A stretch of DNA of 64,000 nucleotides from the human T2T-CHM13v2.0 reference genome, Homo sapiens: NCBI RefSeq assembly GCF_009914755.1, contig NC_060930.1. One strand, given 5' to 3'. The notes beneath the pieces were generated by a model, which worked only from the letters and a program-made list of their open reading frames with translations, was not told the origin of the DNA and made no database searches. Both the position numbers and the translations under genes were made by a program. Position 1 is the stretch's first letter. Every line of letters starts with the position of its first letter. This document shows positions 45,737 to 57,949 of the stretch, piece by piece.

Positions 45737-48283
45737 TCAAGCTTTTCACCCTCAAAGCTTAGCTTATTATAGGCTCCTAATATATATTTTTCAATAAATG
45801 AGAATTGATTTTAAAATTGACAATTTAATTGTTTTATGAGCTACTTTAAGTACCCATGCCCAGGCCTAGTAGAAGTTCCTACCTCAATGAAAAGATCATT
45901 CTAATATTCACCTTGAACCTGGCCTGAGCCCCTGTCGCTGCTTTTTACCTTTATCTCTTTATTACATTCCTTAGTTTTCTCTTCAGTCTAGTCCTTTCTG
46001 GGTTTTTGTTTGTTTGTTTGCCTCAGATAACCATTTTCTCCAACTCCTGCCCCTCTCTCTCTCCCTGATCCACTTCATTTCTGGTTTCTATGCTTTGTTC
46101 ACTAGACTTTGGCAGAGAGATTGTTCTAGCTGTATTCTTGGGGGTTGGCACAGGGTGTCTCTCTCTCACTGTCTCTCGAGGGAGCTAGAAGGGCTCATGA
46201 AGGGCCTGAAATCATATAGCCATTGAAACACACAGATAGCATGTGCATTGGCCAACTTAGGACTCACTCCCCCGTAGGAGATACTACTGTCTATAGTGTG
46301 CCTTGAATTAATATTTCTACAAACTGTTATAATTAACTAGTAAATAGCAGTTACATTGTCCGGCATTTTCTCTGTGGTGGGACATTTAAGTCAAAGTTAA
46401 AGGTATTATACAAAGAACAATTGTGTAGATGCTTCTCAGACCTCTAGATTGGAGGCACCACAAACGCCTGGACCTCGTCTGTGCCCCTCACCTGTTGCCC
46501 TGGAGCTGAAAACCTGCACATAGTAGGAATATTTGCTACCATGCCTATTTGCTGAATTAACGTATTTAATTCTCAATAAATATACATTCTACATTTCATT
46601 TAAAATTCTAAGTTGACTTCTTTAGTATCAAATATTTACATCAATTAAAATAGTTTCATATGTAGGTAACAGGTACACTAGAATCCTAATCCCCACCATT
46701 ATGTAATATACTCATGTAAGAAACATGCACATGTACCCCCTGAATCTGCAATTTAAAAATAAATAAATAAACAAATGCCAGTTAAGGTAAAAAAATAGTT
46801 TCAATTAAGTTTTCCATGAAAAAATTATTGTGTGTTATATATGCTTAGTTGCTAATTTGCTAAAGATGTTATTGTTTGTGTAATACTATTTTCACACTTT
46901 TCTCTATTTTTAATATACTGGGGTGATTCAAAATTGACATGGCCCAGGAAACTGATTCAATCCCAGGAAAATTCTTGTGACTTGATCTCGTATGAGGCCT
47001 GAACTCTGGGTCCCTTACGGCATAGCTGCCCCCACTTTAGGGCACTAAGGCACAGATAAGCAGGCCCCGCTTTTATTTGTGAGTATCTGCACAGATGAAG
47101 AAGACCCCAAAGTCATGCTTGCATCTGAGAAGCCAAATGACAGAGAGTTCAGTGTGTGTGTTTGTCTGCGTTGGTGATTGGGGGAGGAGAGGAGCTAAGA
47201 GATCATCAGCAACTTTAAAAGTGTCTAAAGGCACTGAGTATCAGAAAAGGCCAAGAGGAAATGGAGGCAGGACCCTGAGTGATGGCCTCTGCAGATCATC
47301 AAATCTTGCCGTGGCCATCTGGTTTGATGAGCTTGTCTGAGGTTGAGTCTGTCAAGTTGAAATGGCCAAGATCGGCAATGGCATCACATCTCTGTGTCTC
47401 TCTATATCTAGCTCCAAAAGTAAAGCCCCAGAGAGGCATAAAATAATAAAAGGCAATAAAATCTGTTGTAAATTTGCTTTATGATCTTGTCTAGAATACA
47501 GGACAGTGTATTTCCTTGGGGTAATTTTTCAAAAATATCAATAATTTGGCAGAAAATATACATGGGCTATACATTGCCCATGTGTAGTCAGGAGTAGAAA
47601 TCTCTATTTTTCACATATGCAGGAATACCCCACCACATTACAGCAAATGAAGTATACAAATTCAATTGCATAAAATGCAAGATTGCATTAATGTGATGTT
47701 AATGAAAAACGGCATTTTTAGTTAGGCCTGTAATATCACAAAACACAAAGAGGAAATATATTGGAAATTATACCATATACAACTGATCATATACTAAGTT
47801 TAAAACATCCCAAATGACTAAGAGACCATCAAAGCCTAACCCCACCACTTCCTACAGCCTCCATTCCTTCTACCCCCACCCCACAGCACCAAGACATAAG
47901 AACTTCTGCCTGCCTTCCTTTGAGAATGGAGGCAGAAATGAGGTCTGGAGCCAATGGCCGGCCACATTATTATGTAAATGCATACCATCTATGCTTATCT
48001 TTTGAAAAATAATATATAACAACAGAAATAACAAAGATAGCTGCAGATGAAAAAAATACCACACAGGTATGGAAAATATCTCAGGAAGTCAACCCACTGG
48101 AACCGTCATTAACCAGTGTAAGAAAGAAACAATCAAATTAGAGAACTCTAAGAAGGTGTGACGTCTCCGATCATGTAGAATTAATATTTGGGGCGTCCCC
48201 GCCAGAGCAGGTTGTAACTAGGCTACCTCTCCAGACCACAGTAGGGCTGTTATGCTGCAAGGTTTTCCAACCAGAATTTTTAC

Positions 48284-48448
48284 CTTATGTTGCTCAAGTT
48301 TCCGTTGTATCGTGTTTGCTGTTTCCTCGTGGACCTGTTGAACGGTTATTTCCTCTCTCAGGGCCACCTCCGCTCTGTACAGCCAGGCACCTATGGTGCC
48401 CAGAGGTGCAGGAAGAGATTTATCAAGCTGTATATGCCAGTCAAAGAG
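48284..48448 (-). CDS. SYNE1: SYNE1 coding exon (~exon 14)
   Basis: TTTTAG| ... |GTAAAA, 165 nt; LFDWHIQLDKSLPAPLGTIGAWLYRAEVALREEITVQQVHEETANTIQRKLEQHK. Confidence 0.95.
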
Positions 48449-49023
48449 CTAAAATTTAAAAAGCAGAAAAGTAAAATATCTTTAATACAGATGGCAATTT
48501 ATAAAATTGCACCCAAATAATAGTAAAGCATACATAAAGCTTTAAGTTAATGATTTCAGGCTAAGTTAATAAATATCAAATAAGCAAATGTCTGTGTTCT
48601 GAGTTTGACACTTTAGGGATGGGGAGAAAATTACAGTTAAAAGCAAATTTTGAAGAAACTGAAAATACATCTTAAACATGGAAGAATATTATCAGAAGTG
48701 TAAGCAATTTTCCTCTTACAGGAGTAGCATGAAGCACCCACTGATTTTCAGTGTGGCTTTTGCTGAAAGGGAAGGGATCAGGTTTGGTGACATGCTTGGA
48801 GGATGCAGCAGTTATACACCTGGCACATGTGTATCTTGGTCGTCGGAATGAGAATCCCATTAAAACCTCCCACGTGATCAGAACAAGTTCAGAAAAATGA
48901 GGATTATCTAAGCAGCTCTGGACAAAGATGGGTTTAAAGGATTCTTTCTATAATCCTATGATTGTCTACCCTTCTCTCCATCTCTTCCATTTTACCCAAT
49001 TCTCAGACACATTTCCTAGCTTA

Positions 49024-49459
<436 letters not shown>

Positions 49460-50043
49460 TCAAGACAAATATTCTTATTAGTGATAGAAGTGTTCCAGGG
49501 GTTTGAAATCTTGGCCTTTAAGCATGAAGAATATGAATATGAAAGATACTGAGCAATTTTCCTTCAGATTCATGATCAGATAAAAAAAGATGCTTGAATT
49601 AAAGAATGCAAAACTGTATGTCAACACAGGAAGGTCATTAACTGTTGATGAAACATGATTTTAGAATACAAGAAGTTGCTGTGGCTCTACTCTGGAGAAT
49701 CTGCTACAAGACCAGAGAGTCACCTCTTCTAAACCACCCAGAAGGAAGTTGTGTAAAGTGTGAAGTGATCCAGATGGTCTCAGGACTTTAATCTATCATC
49801 TAGTTAATTGCTGATATCACATAGAGGGAAGCCAAGGCAAGAAAATAGCTGTTAAACCAAAGACTTCCATTAACTTACAGGAAAACTAGACAAGGAGGCA
49901 AAGATTCTCCCATAGTTAAGTCTTTCTAGCCTCAGACAGAGGCAGTAGAACCTGTTGCCATATCACTGTGTAGAAATAGATGATGAAAAATATTCTTTTC
50001 TAAATTTATTAAGCTCAGTATAACTAATTGTGGGAGAACTTAC

Positions 50044-50181
50044 CCTGGAGGTCACTCTATCCCAAGATTGTTTTACCAATGCTTGGTCAAGTGACAATTT
50101 ACCGTCTCTGTGTAATGGTTGTATTAAATGTTCAATCTGTTTCCTCTTCATTTCATATTGAACTCTGAAGTGCTTAAATGA
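50044..50181 (-). CDS. SYNE1: SYNE1 coding exon (~exon 13)
   Basis: TTTTAG| ... |GTAAGT, 138 nt; SFKHFRVQYEMKRKQIEHLIQPLHRDGKLSLDQALVKQSWDRVTSR. Confidence 0.95.
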
Positions 50182-51123
50182 CTAAAAGAGGAAAAACAGC
50201 AACAGTATGGCAATGAGTCAAAAAAAGCAAAAGCAAAGGAAAGCACATTTCCTAAATAACAATCTTTTCTATTTGGATAACACTCAATATATGTTGTTGA
50301 TAATAATAACGGTAGTTATGATACTAATAGCAGCTGTCATTCATCAAGCCCTGACATAGCTTGACCCTGTGCTAAGTGCTTTCTTCATATTATCCTCTCT
50401 GGTTCTCTCCATCACCCTACACATGCATTATTATTCTGAAGCCCAGAAATGACTTATCAAGGACAAGTAGTAGAGGTAGGACTAAAGCCTAGGATTTCTC
50501 ATTTCTAGTAAAGTAATTTGTGTACCAGTATATGTTTGTCAGGAAATCATAGTAAACAGGAGTATAAATCTTAGCTAATAATCAAGATAGTTGCTTTACT
50601 TCAAGTACCAAACAATTTACAAATAGAAATTGCATATATCAAAATAATGCAGAATTAAAGCTGTCTAGATTTGTGTTTAAGTAAGCCTGCATAAAGAGGT
50701 TTACTTTAGGGGACCATGTTTACATGATAATCCTTTGCTTTAATTTCATGGTATTAAAATATTAAGTATATCACAGTACAGTTGACATCAATGTATTATA
50801 TGTAGACTTAACTATAAGCTTAATGCTAACATTAAAACAATTTTTAAAGTTTTATATTTTACATTAACTAAATTAACCCATCCTAAAATATGACTCCAAA
50901 TCTAAACATAAAATGAAAAGATAATTAAAATGTGCAATTATGTTACAGGAGAATGGCCCCACAAAAGTTAGCAGATAACACAACTAAAAGAATTTCAAAA
51001 TTATAAACAAACATGTAAATTCACGTGAAGAACACTGGGGGGAGATAGTGAACTAGAATTTTATCTACAAGGTTTTCTTCCATTTTCTCTAACTGAATGG
51101 AATTTTAAAAATACCAAAACATA

Positions 51124-51450
<327 letters not shown>

Positions 51451-52239
51451 ACCAAAACATCAAATCAACTTTTAAATTTTATTCCACAGGATTCTGAGTG
51501 AAAAAACTGGAAAATGCAGCATTTGCTACAGATTGAAAGAGATTTAAAATGCTGATTACAGAATGTAAAGATGAAATGAAATTTTCCCTAAATTCAGATT
51601 TCAGAGAGACTCTAAACCCATTTTTATGAGACTAGTGATCACCTTCGGGCTGAAAGGAGGATTTCTGTTTTCTGTTTTCCTAAGCCTTTGTTTCCCTCAT
51701 GAACTAGCATCTGTATAACAGATAGCTTTATAACTTGGAATTTATTTTTTGATAATTGGTGCCAAACCTAAACCTCATCAGTGGACTAAATAAGTATATT
51801 CACTCTGTTCTTGCAATTCTTTTCTCCATTTACTGGCTTAATCATTTTTTAATGGATCTCAGCCCAGAAAATTTTATTTTGGGGAAAAAAGCTTACACTG
51901 AATTTCAAAGCAAAAGAGTACATGCATATTAACCACATATTTATTGCTTTGCTAAGTTTGACAAATATAATATTGATGCTATCATCCACCTAAATTCAGG
52001 CATATTTTAAAGATACAATTATATAAAATCACTAATGCCATAGATAAATCTTTTGTCTACCATGTTGAAGTTCTCACTTCATTTGACCTTTTTCTGTAGC
52101 AGAAATGACTGAAATATGATGTCGAGTAGAATATATTACAGAATATAATTCAGAATATACTATATTTAATTTTGCCACTAAAAGGGACTGATGTTTTACA
52201 TTGGGAAAAATGATAATGCTGCATCAAATAAATCACAAT

Positions 52240-52693
52240 TTTTATTAATTTTTATTTTTTCTCCAACTTTTATTTTAAGTTCTAGGGTACATGTACAGGA
52301 AGATTTGTTACATAGGTAATCATGTGCCATGGTGGTTTGCTGCACAGATCAACCCATCATCTAGGTACTAAGCCCAGCATCCATTAGCTATTCTTCCTGA
52401 TGCTCTCCTTCTCCCACTCCCCCACAGGCCCCAGTGTGTGTTGTTCCTCCATGTGTCCATGTGTTCTCATTGTTCAGCTCCCACTTATAAGTGAGAACAC
52501 GCAGGGTTTGGTTTTCTGTTCCTGCATTAGTTTGCTGAGGATAATGACTTCCAGTTCCATCCATGTCCCTGCAAAGGGCATGATCTTGTTCCTTTATATG
52601 GCAGCCTAGTATTCCATGGTGTATATGTACCAGATTTTATTTCTCCAGTCTACATTGATGGGCATTTGGGTTGATTCTGTGTCTTTGCTATTG
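52240..52693 (-). mobile_element. L1PA 3'-end fragment
   Basis: ttttaagttctagggtacatgtacagg...cccacttataagtgagaac...tagtattccatggtgtatatgtacc. Confidence 0.9.
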
Positions 52694-53000
52694 AAATCAC
52701 ACTTTGTAAATGGGAATAAACTGTGTTTTGTGTCTTGGAAGTGAAAATCAGAAGCAGAAGTCCAATTAATGACACTGTAGTCAGACTGGAGAAAAACATT
52801 AACTCTGAGCTCAACTTGAATGCAATGGTGTTGGACTAGGCAGGTCGCAGTCGAAACTGATCCCTTTAATGGACCCTCCAATACTCATGTTGCAATCCTT
52901 TGTTAAATTCAGTTTATTTTATACTAATTTTCAATTTGACTCAACTCTTTGTTCTTGGTAGATTTTTGGGTTAGGTGAGATCTATAAGATCATGAGTTCT

Positions 53001-53299
53001 GGCCGGGCATGGTGGCTCACGCCTGTAATCCCAGCACTTTGGGAGGCCGAGGCAGGTGGATCCCGAGGTCAGGAGATTGAGACCATCCTGGCTAACATGG
53101 TGAAACCCCATCTCTACTAAAAATACAAAAAATTAGCCAGGTGTGGTGGTGGGTGCCTGTAGTCCCAGCTACTCAGGAGGCTGAGGCAGGAGAATGGTGT
53201 GAACCCAGGAGGCAGAGCTTGCAGTGATCCAAGATCACGCCATTGCACTCTAGCCTGGGAGAGAGAGTGAGACTCCGTCTCAAAAAAAAAAAAAAAAAA
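53001..53299 (+). mobile_element. Alu (AluY-like)
   Basis: ctggctaacatggtg and gaatggtgtgaaccc...gagcttgcagtg; TSD atcatgagttct. Confidence 0.88.
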
Positions 53300-53605
53300 T
53301 CATGAGTTCTATAAACACAATGACTCTGCATTTGTTTTCCAAGTCATCTATAAGACTGAGTTATGGAAAAGTGATGAAGCCTCAGTGCTCCATATATAGT
53401 GTGGACACAATGCAACTTAAGACTATCTACATAAGTTAGAAATACAATTATTAAATTATATGCAAACTTAGGGTAATGAATGTTATGTCTTTAAAGACTT
53501 TTCTCATTAATGTAATTTGAAGCATTAAATGGAGATCAAATGACATATATAAATATTAGTCAAAAATAGCTTTTGAAAAATTCAAAAATCTTCTCCATAC
53601 ATTAC

Positions 53606-53713
53606 CTGATATTTATCCTGTAAATTTGATTCCACCATCTGTGCTCTTGTCAAATCTCTCTCAAATTGTTCTATCCAAACTTTCATTTCCTTAAAAATTA
53701 CTCTGTCTTCTCT
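53606..53713 (-). CDS. SYNE1: SYNE1 coding exon (~exon 12)
   Basis: TTTCCAG| ... |GTAATG, 108 nt; REDRVIFKEMKVWIEQFERDLTRAQMVESNLQDKYQ. Confidence 0.95.
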
Positions 53714-54995
53714 CTGGAAATGAGGAGACATTACAATTTTATTAGTATCTGTGCATTTATTTAATTGCTGATTAATACTTGACTGATTCTAGAAGAGACT
53801 TAATATTTAGTAAGTCCCAACTGTCTCTGAAAAATTTCCTTTCTCCTCACCCCCACCTTTAGGACAGTAAGAAGCAAAAGTTAACTCTAGAAAAGTATCT
53901 TAGTTATCTTATTGAATAACGAAATTAACCAACTCCATTTTTTTTTTTTGCCAAGTAACGCTAATTTAATAAAGAAAATGTGACCAGGAGGGAATTTCCT
54001 AAGTACACAAATAATAAGAGTAATAGCTGGAGTAGAAACACAGTCCTGTGGGTTGCTTCCTACCCAAAGCCATTGGTAACCCAGAAGACAGTTCTAGATG
54101 GGATTCATTTTGACTGAATTTGAGGAGTTACACCCAGAATACCATTGGGTGACTTGTCTATATTACTATTTAAACTGATATTAGGTATTACAATCTCCAT
54201 GTGGACAGAAAACACATTTATCTTGTTCAACACAGTATTCCTAGACCCTGGGAACATAATACCTATTAGAGATTTATCAAGTTATTTGGTGAATAAATGT
54301 ATCCAGGTCACCACTCATCTCAAAAATGAAAAATAAAATTGGGATTTTCATACTTATTTTCACAAATAATGACAAGGGCCATTCTATAATAGCACTGATT
54401 TAGTGAAAATATCCTAACTTTTCATCAAGATGTAGTGTCTCATAAGAATGCCAAGTATTCATAATCATACCGTACATGATTTTTCGGCATTTACAAAATG
54501 CAACTCCAGCATCTCACTTGCTGCTGACAGTGCTGTGACACAGGTAAAATGACTGTCCCCCTTGGCAGGTGATGTTTCCGAATGGAAAGAATGCCATTTA
54601 TGGAGGCAGGCTAAACTGGGTTTCAAATTCTGGCTTTGCCATGCATTAGCTCTGTGAGCTTGGTGTGTCTTTTTTTTTTTTTTTTTTTCGTTAACCTCTC
54701 TACTGTCGTACTACAGGATGTACTAAAGGGTGTGTTAAATCATCACGGACCCTTTCAATTGTTTTGCTGAGAATTAGAGGTAATCTATGTAGCATGTCTA
54801 GTACAGAGGTTGTCACATTCTCATGATCCATGCCTTCTCTCACTTTCTTGTCTTGCAAAAGCAGTTGTCTTCTGCCTAAACACTTACCACATTTTCCTTT
54901 GGATAATGCCTTTTTCAGAACTCGGCTCAGGCACAACCTACTCTAGGAAGATTTTCTAACCCAGAAGTCTGAGTGAGGGCATCTGTTTCCTATGC

Positions 54996-55180
54996 CAGTG
55001 GTTCTCTCACTTAGTACACACTAGAAATCATCTGAGGGGCTTATAAAAACACAAATTGCTGGGCACCACCCCCAGAGTTTCTGGCTGAGTGGATGTGGGG
55101 TAGAGCCAAAAATCCGTATGTCTAAGTTCCCAGGTGAATCTGATGCTGCTGGTGAAGGAATCATATATTGAGAACACTTC
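54996..55180. mobile_element. MER5A-like hAT-Charlie MITE
   Basis: cagtggttctc...aaacacaaattgctgggcaccacccccagagtttctg...ttgagaacact. Confidence 0.8.
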
Positions 55181-55237
55181 TCTATGATCCTGTGACAACC
55201 TCAGCGCTAATATTCACCCAAATGCATTATATAAAGT

Positions 55238-55538
55238 CAGCCCTCTGTTTTCTTAGATTCAATCAATAGCAGATTGAAAATATTCAGAAAATAAACAATA
55301 AAAATAACAATACAGCAATAAAGATAATACAAACAAAATACAACACAGTATAACAGCTATTTAAATAGCATTTACTTTGTGTTAGGTATTATACATAATC
55401 TACAGATTAAAGTATATGGGAGTATATGTGTAGGTTATATGCAAATACTACACTATTTTATATCAGGAACCTGAGCATCATAAATTTTGCTATCTTGGGG
55501 GTCCTGGAACCAATCACTTGTGAATATCTAGGACAACT
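55238..55538. mobile_element. MER2-like Tigger-family element
   Basis: cagccctctg...gattgaaaatattcag...aggttatatgcaaatactacac...gggggtcctggaaccaatc. Confidence 0.8.
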
Positions 55539-55550
55539 ACACAAAATCCT

Positions 55551-55956
55551 TGTCAGGCCTCTGAGCCCAAGTCTGCACGTATATATCCAGATGGCCTGAG
55601 GCAACTGAAGAACCACAAAATAAGTGAAAATGGCTGGTTCCTGCCTTAACCGATGACATTCCACCATTGTGATTTGTTCCTGCCCCATCCTAACTGATCA
55701 ATTGATCTTGTGAAATTCTTTCTCTGGACAATGAATCTCGGAAGCTCCCCATTCAGCACCTTGTAACCCCTGCCTCTGTCTGCAAGAGAAAAACCCCCTT
55801 TGACTGTAATTTTCCACTACCCTCCCAAATCCTATAAAACTGCCCCACCCCTATCTACCTTTTTCGGACTCAGTCTGCCTGCACTTGGGTGATTAAAAAG
55901 CTTTATTGCTCACACAAAGCCTGTTTGTTGGGCTCTTCACACGGACACACGTGACA
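55551..55956 (+). repeat. 5' LTR (406 bp, LTR7C-like)
   Basis: tgtcaggcctctgagcccaag...gtgaca; TATA (cctataaaa) ~55831 and attaaa ~55892. Confidence 0.92.
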
Positions 55957-55958
55957 TT

Positions 55959-55977
55959 TGGTGCTGAAGATCTGGGA
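55959..55977 (+). promoter_or_regulatory. Primer-binding site, tRNA-Phe-like
   Basis: TGGTGCTGAAGATCTGGGA directly after the LTR; closer to the Phe PBS (TGGTGCCGAAACCCGGGA) than to the His PBS (TGGTGCCGTGACTCGGAT). Confidence 0.7.
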
Positions 55978-56265
55978 CAGGGGGATTCCTTCAGGAGACC
56001 AGTCCCCTGTCCTCACCCTCACTCCATGAGAAGATCCACCTATGACCTTGGGTCCTCAGGCCAGCCCAAGGAACATCTTACCAATTTCAAATCGGGCAAG
56101 CGGTCTTTTCACTCTCTTCTCCAGCTTCTCTCGCTACCTTTCAATCTCCCTGTCCTTCCAATTCCAGTTCTTTTTCCTCTCTAATAGAGACAAAGGAGAC
56201 ACATTTTATCTGTGGACACAAAACTCCAGCGTGGGTCACGGACTTGGGAAGACAGTCTTCCCTTG

Positions 56266-56575
56266 GTGTTTAATCACCGTGTGGATGCCTGCCCTGATCA
56301 TTCACCCACATTCCACTGGTGTCTGATCACTGTGGGGATGCCTGCCTGATTATTCACCCACATTCCACTAGTGTCTGATCACTGTGGGGATGCCTGCCTG
56401 ATTATTCACCCACATTCCACTAGTGTCTGATCACTGTGGGGATGCCTGCCTGATTATTCACCCACATTCCACTAGTGTCTGATCACTGTGGGGACGCCTG
56501 CCTTGGTCATTCACCCACATTCCCTTGGTGGCAAATCAATTGTGGAGACGCCTGCTTTGGCTGCTCACCCACATT
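56266..56575 (+). repeat. 52-bp tandem repeat in the proviral leader (~6 copies, 3 identical)
   Basis: Unit gtgtctgatcactgtggggatgcctgcctgattattcacccacattccacta starting at 56319, 56371 and 56423; diverged copies on each side. Confidence 0.95.
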
Positions 56576-56645
56576 ACAGCCCAGGGCTGCTCACCACCCC
56601 CTTCTCTGTGTCTCTACCTTTCTCTTTAAACTTACCTCCTTCACT

Positions 56646-57900
56646 ATGGGCAAGCTTCCACCCTCCATTCCCCCTTCTTCTCCCTTAGCCTGTGTTCTCA
56701 AGAACTTAAAACCTCTTCATCTCACGCCTGACCTAAAACCTTACTGCCTTATTTTCTTCTGCAACACTGCTTGGCCCCAATACAAACTCAACAATGGTTC
56801 TAAATGGCCAGAAAACAGCACTTTTGATTTCTCCATCTTACAAGACCTGGATGATTTTTCTTGAAAAATGTGCAAATGGTCTGAGATGCCTGACATCCAG
56901 GCATTCTTTTACACATCAGTCCCTCCCTAGTCTCTGCTCCCAGTGCGACTCATCACAAATCTTCTTTCTCTCCTGTCTGTTCCTTCAGTCTCCACCCCAA
57001 GCTCTGAGTCCTTTGAATCCTCCTTTTCTATGGACCCATCTGACCTCTCCCCTCCTCACCAGGCTGCTCCTCACCAGGCTGAGCCAGGTCCTAATTCTTC
57101 CTCAGCCTCCACTCCCCAGCCCTATAATCCTTCTATCACCTCCCCCTCCTCCCACCCTGTCTGGCTTATAGTTTTGTTCCACGACTAGCCCTCCCCAACC
57201 TGCCCAACGATTTCCTCTTACAGAGGTGGCTGCAGCTCAAGGCAGAGTCAAGGTTAACCCTCCTTTTTCTTTATCTGACCTCTCTCAAATCAGTTAGTGT
57301 TCAGGCTCTTTTTCGTCAAGTATAAAAGCCCAGCCCAGTTCATGGCCTGTTTGGCAACAACCCTTAGATGCTTTGCCGCCCTAGACCCAGAGGGGCCAGA
57401 AGGCCGTCCTATTCTCAATATGCATTTTATTACTCAACCCACTCCCAACATTAGAAAAAGCTCCAAAAATTAGATTCTGGCCCTCAAACCCCACAACAAG
57501 ACTTAATCAATCTCGCCTTCAAGGTGTACAATAATAGAGAAGAGTCAGCCAAGCGGCAACTTATTTCTGAGTTGCAATTACTTGCCTCCACTGTGAGAGA
57601 AACCCCAGCCACATCTCCAGCACACAAGAACTTCAAAATACCTAAACCACAGTGGCCAGGCATTCCTCCAGGACCTTCTCCCCCAGGATCTTGCTTCAAG
57701 TGCTGGAAATCTGGCCACTGGGCCAAGGAATGACCACAGCCTGGGATTCCTCCTAAGCCATGTCCCACTTGTGCAGGAACCCACTGGAAATAGGACTGTC
57801 CAACTTGCCTGGAAGCCACTCCCAGAGCCCCTGGAACTCTGGCCCAAGGCTCTCTGACTGACTCCTTCCCAGATCTTCTCAGCTTAGCGGCTGAAGACTG
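56646..57900 (+). pseudogene. gag: HERV-H gag remnant
   Basis: MGKLPPSIPPSSPLACVLKNL...CNTAWPQYKL..WP matrix; zinc knuckles CFKCWKSGHWAKE* and CPTCAGTHWK*DC with stops and frameshifts. Confidence 0.88.
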
Positions 57901-57949
57901 ACACAGCCCAATCACCTCGGAAGCCTCCTGGACCATCACAGATGCTTTA

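Noticed and set aside
56266-56575. Regularly spaced repeats that superficially resemble a CRISPR array (also 60753-60870)
   Set aside because: Head-to-tail tandem units without unique spacers, inside primate retroviral sequence, with no cas genes
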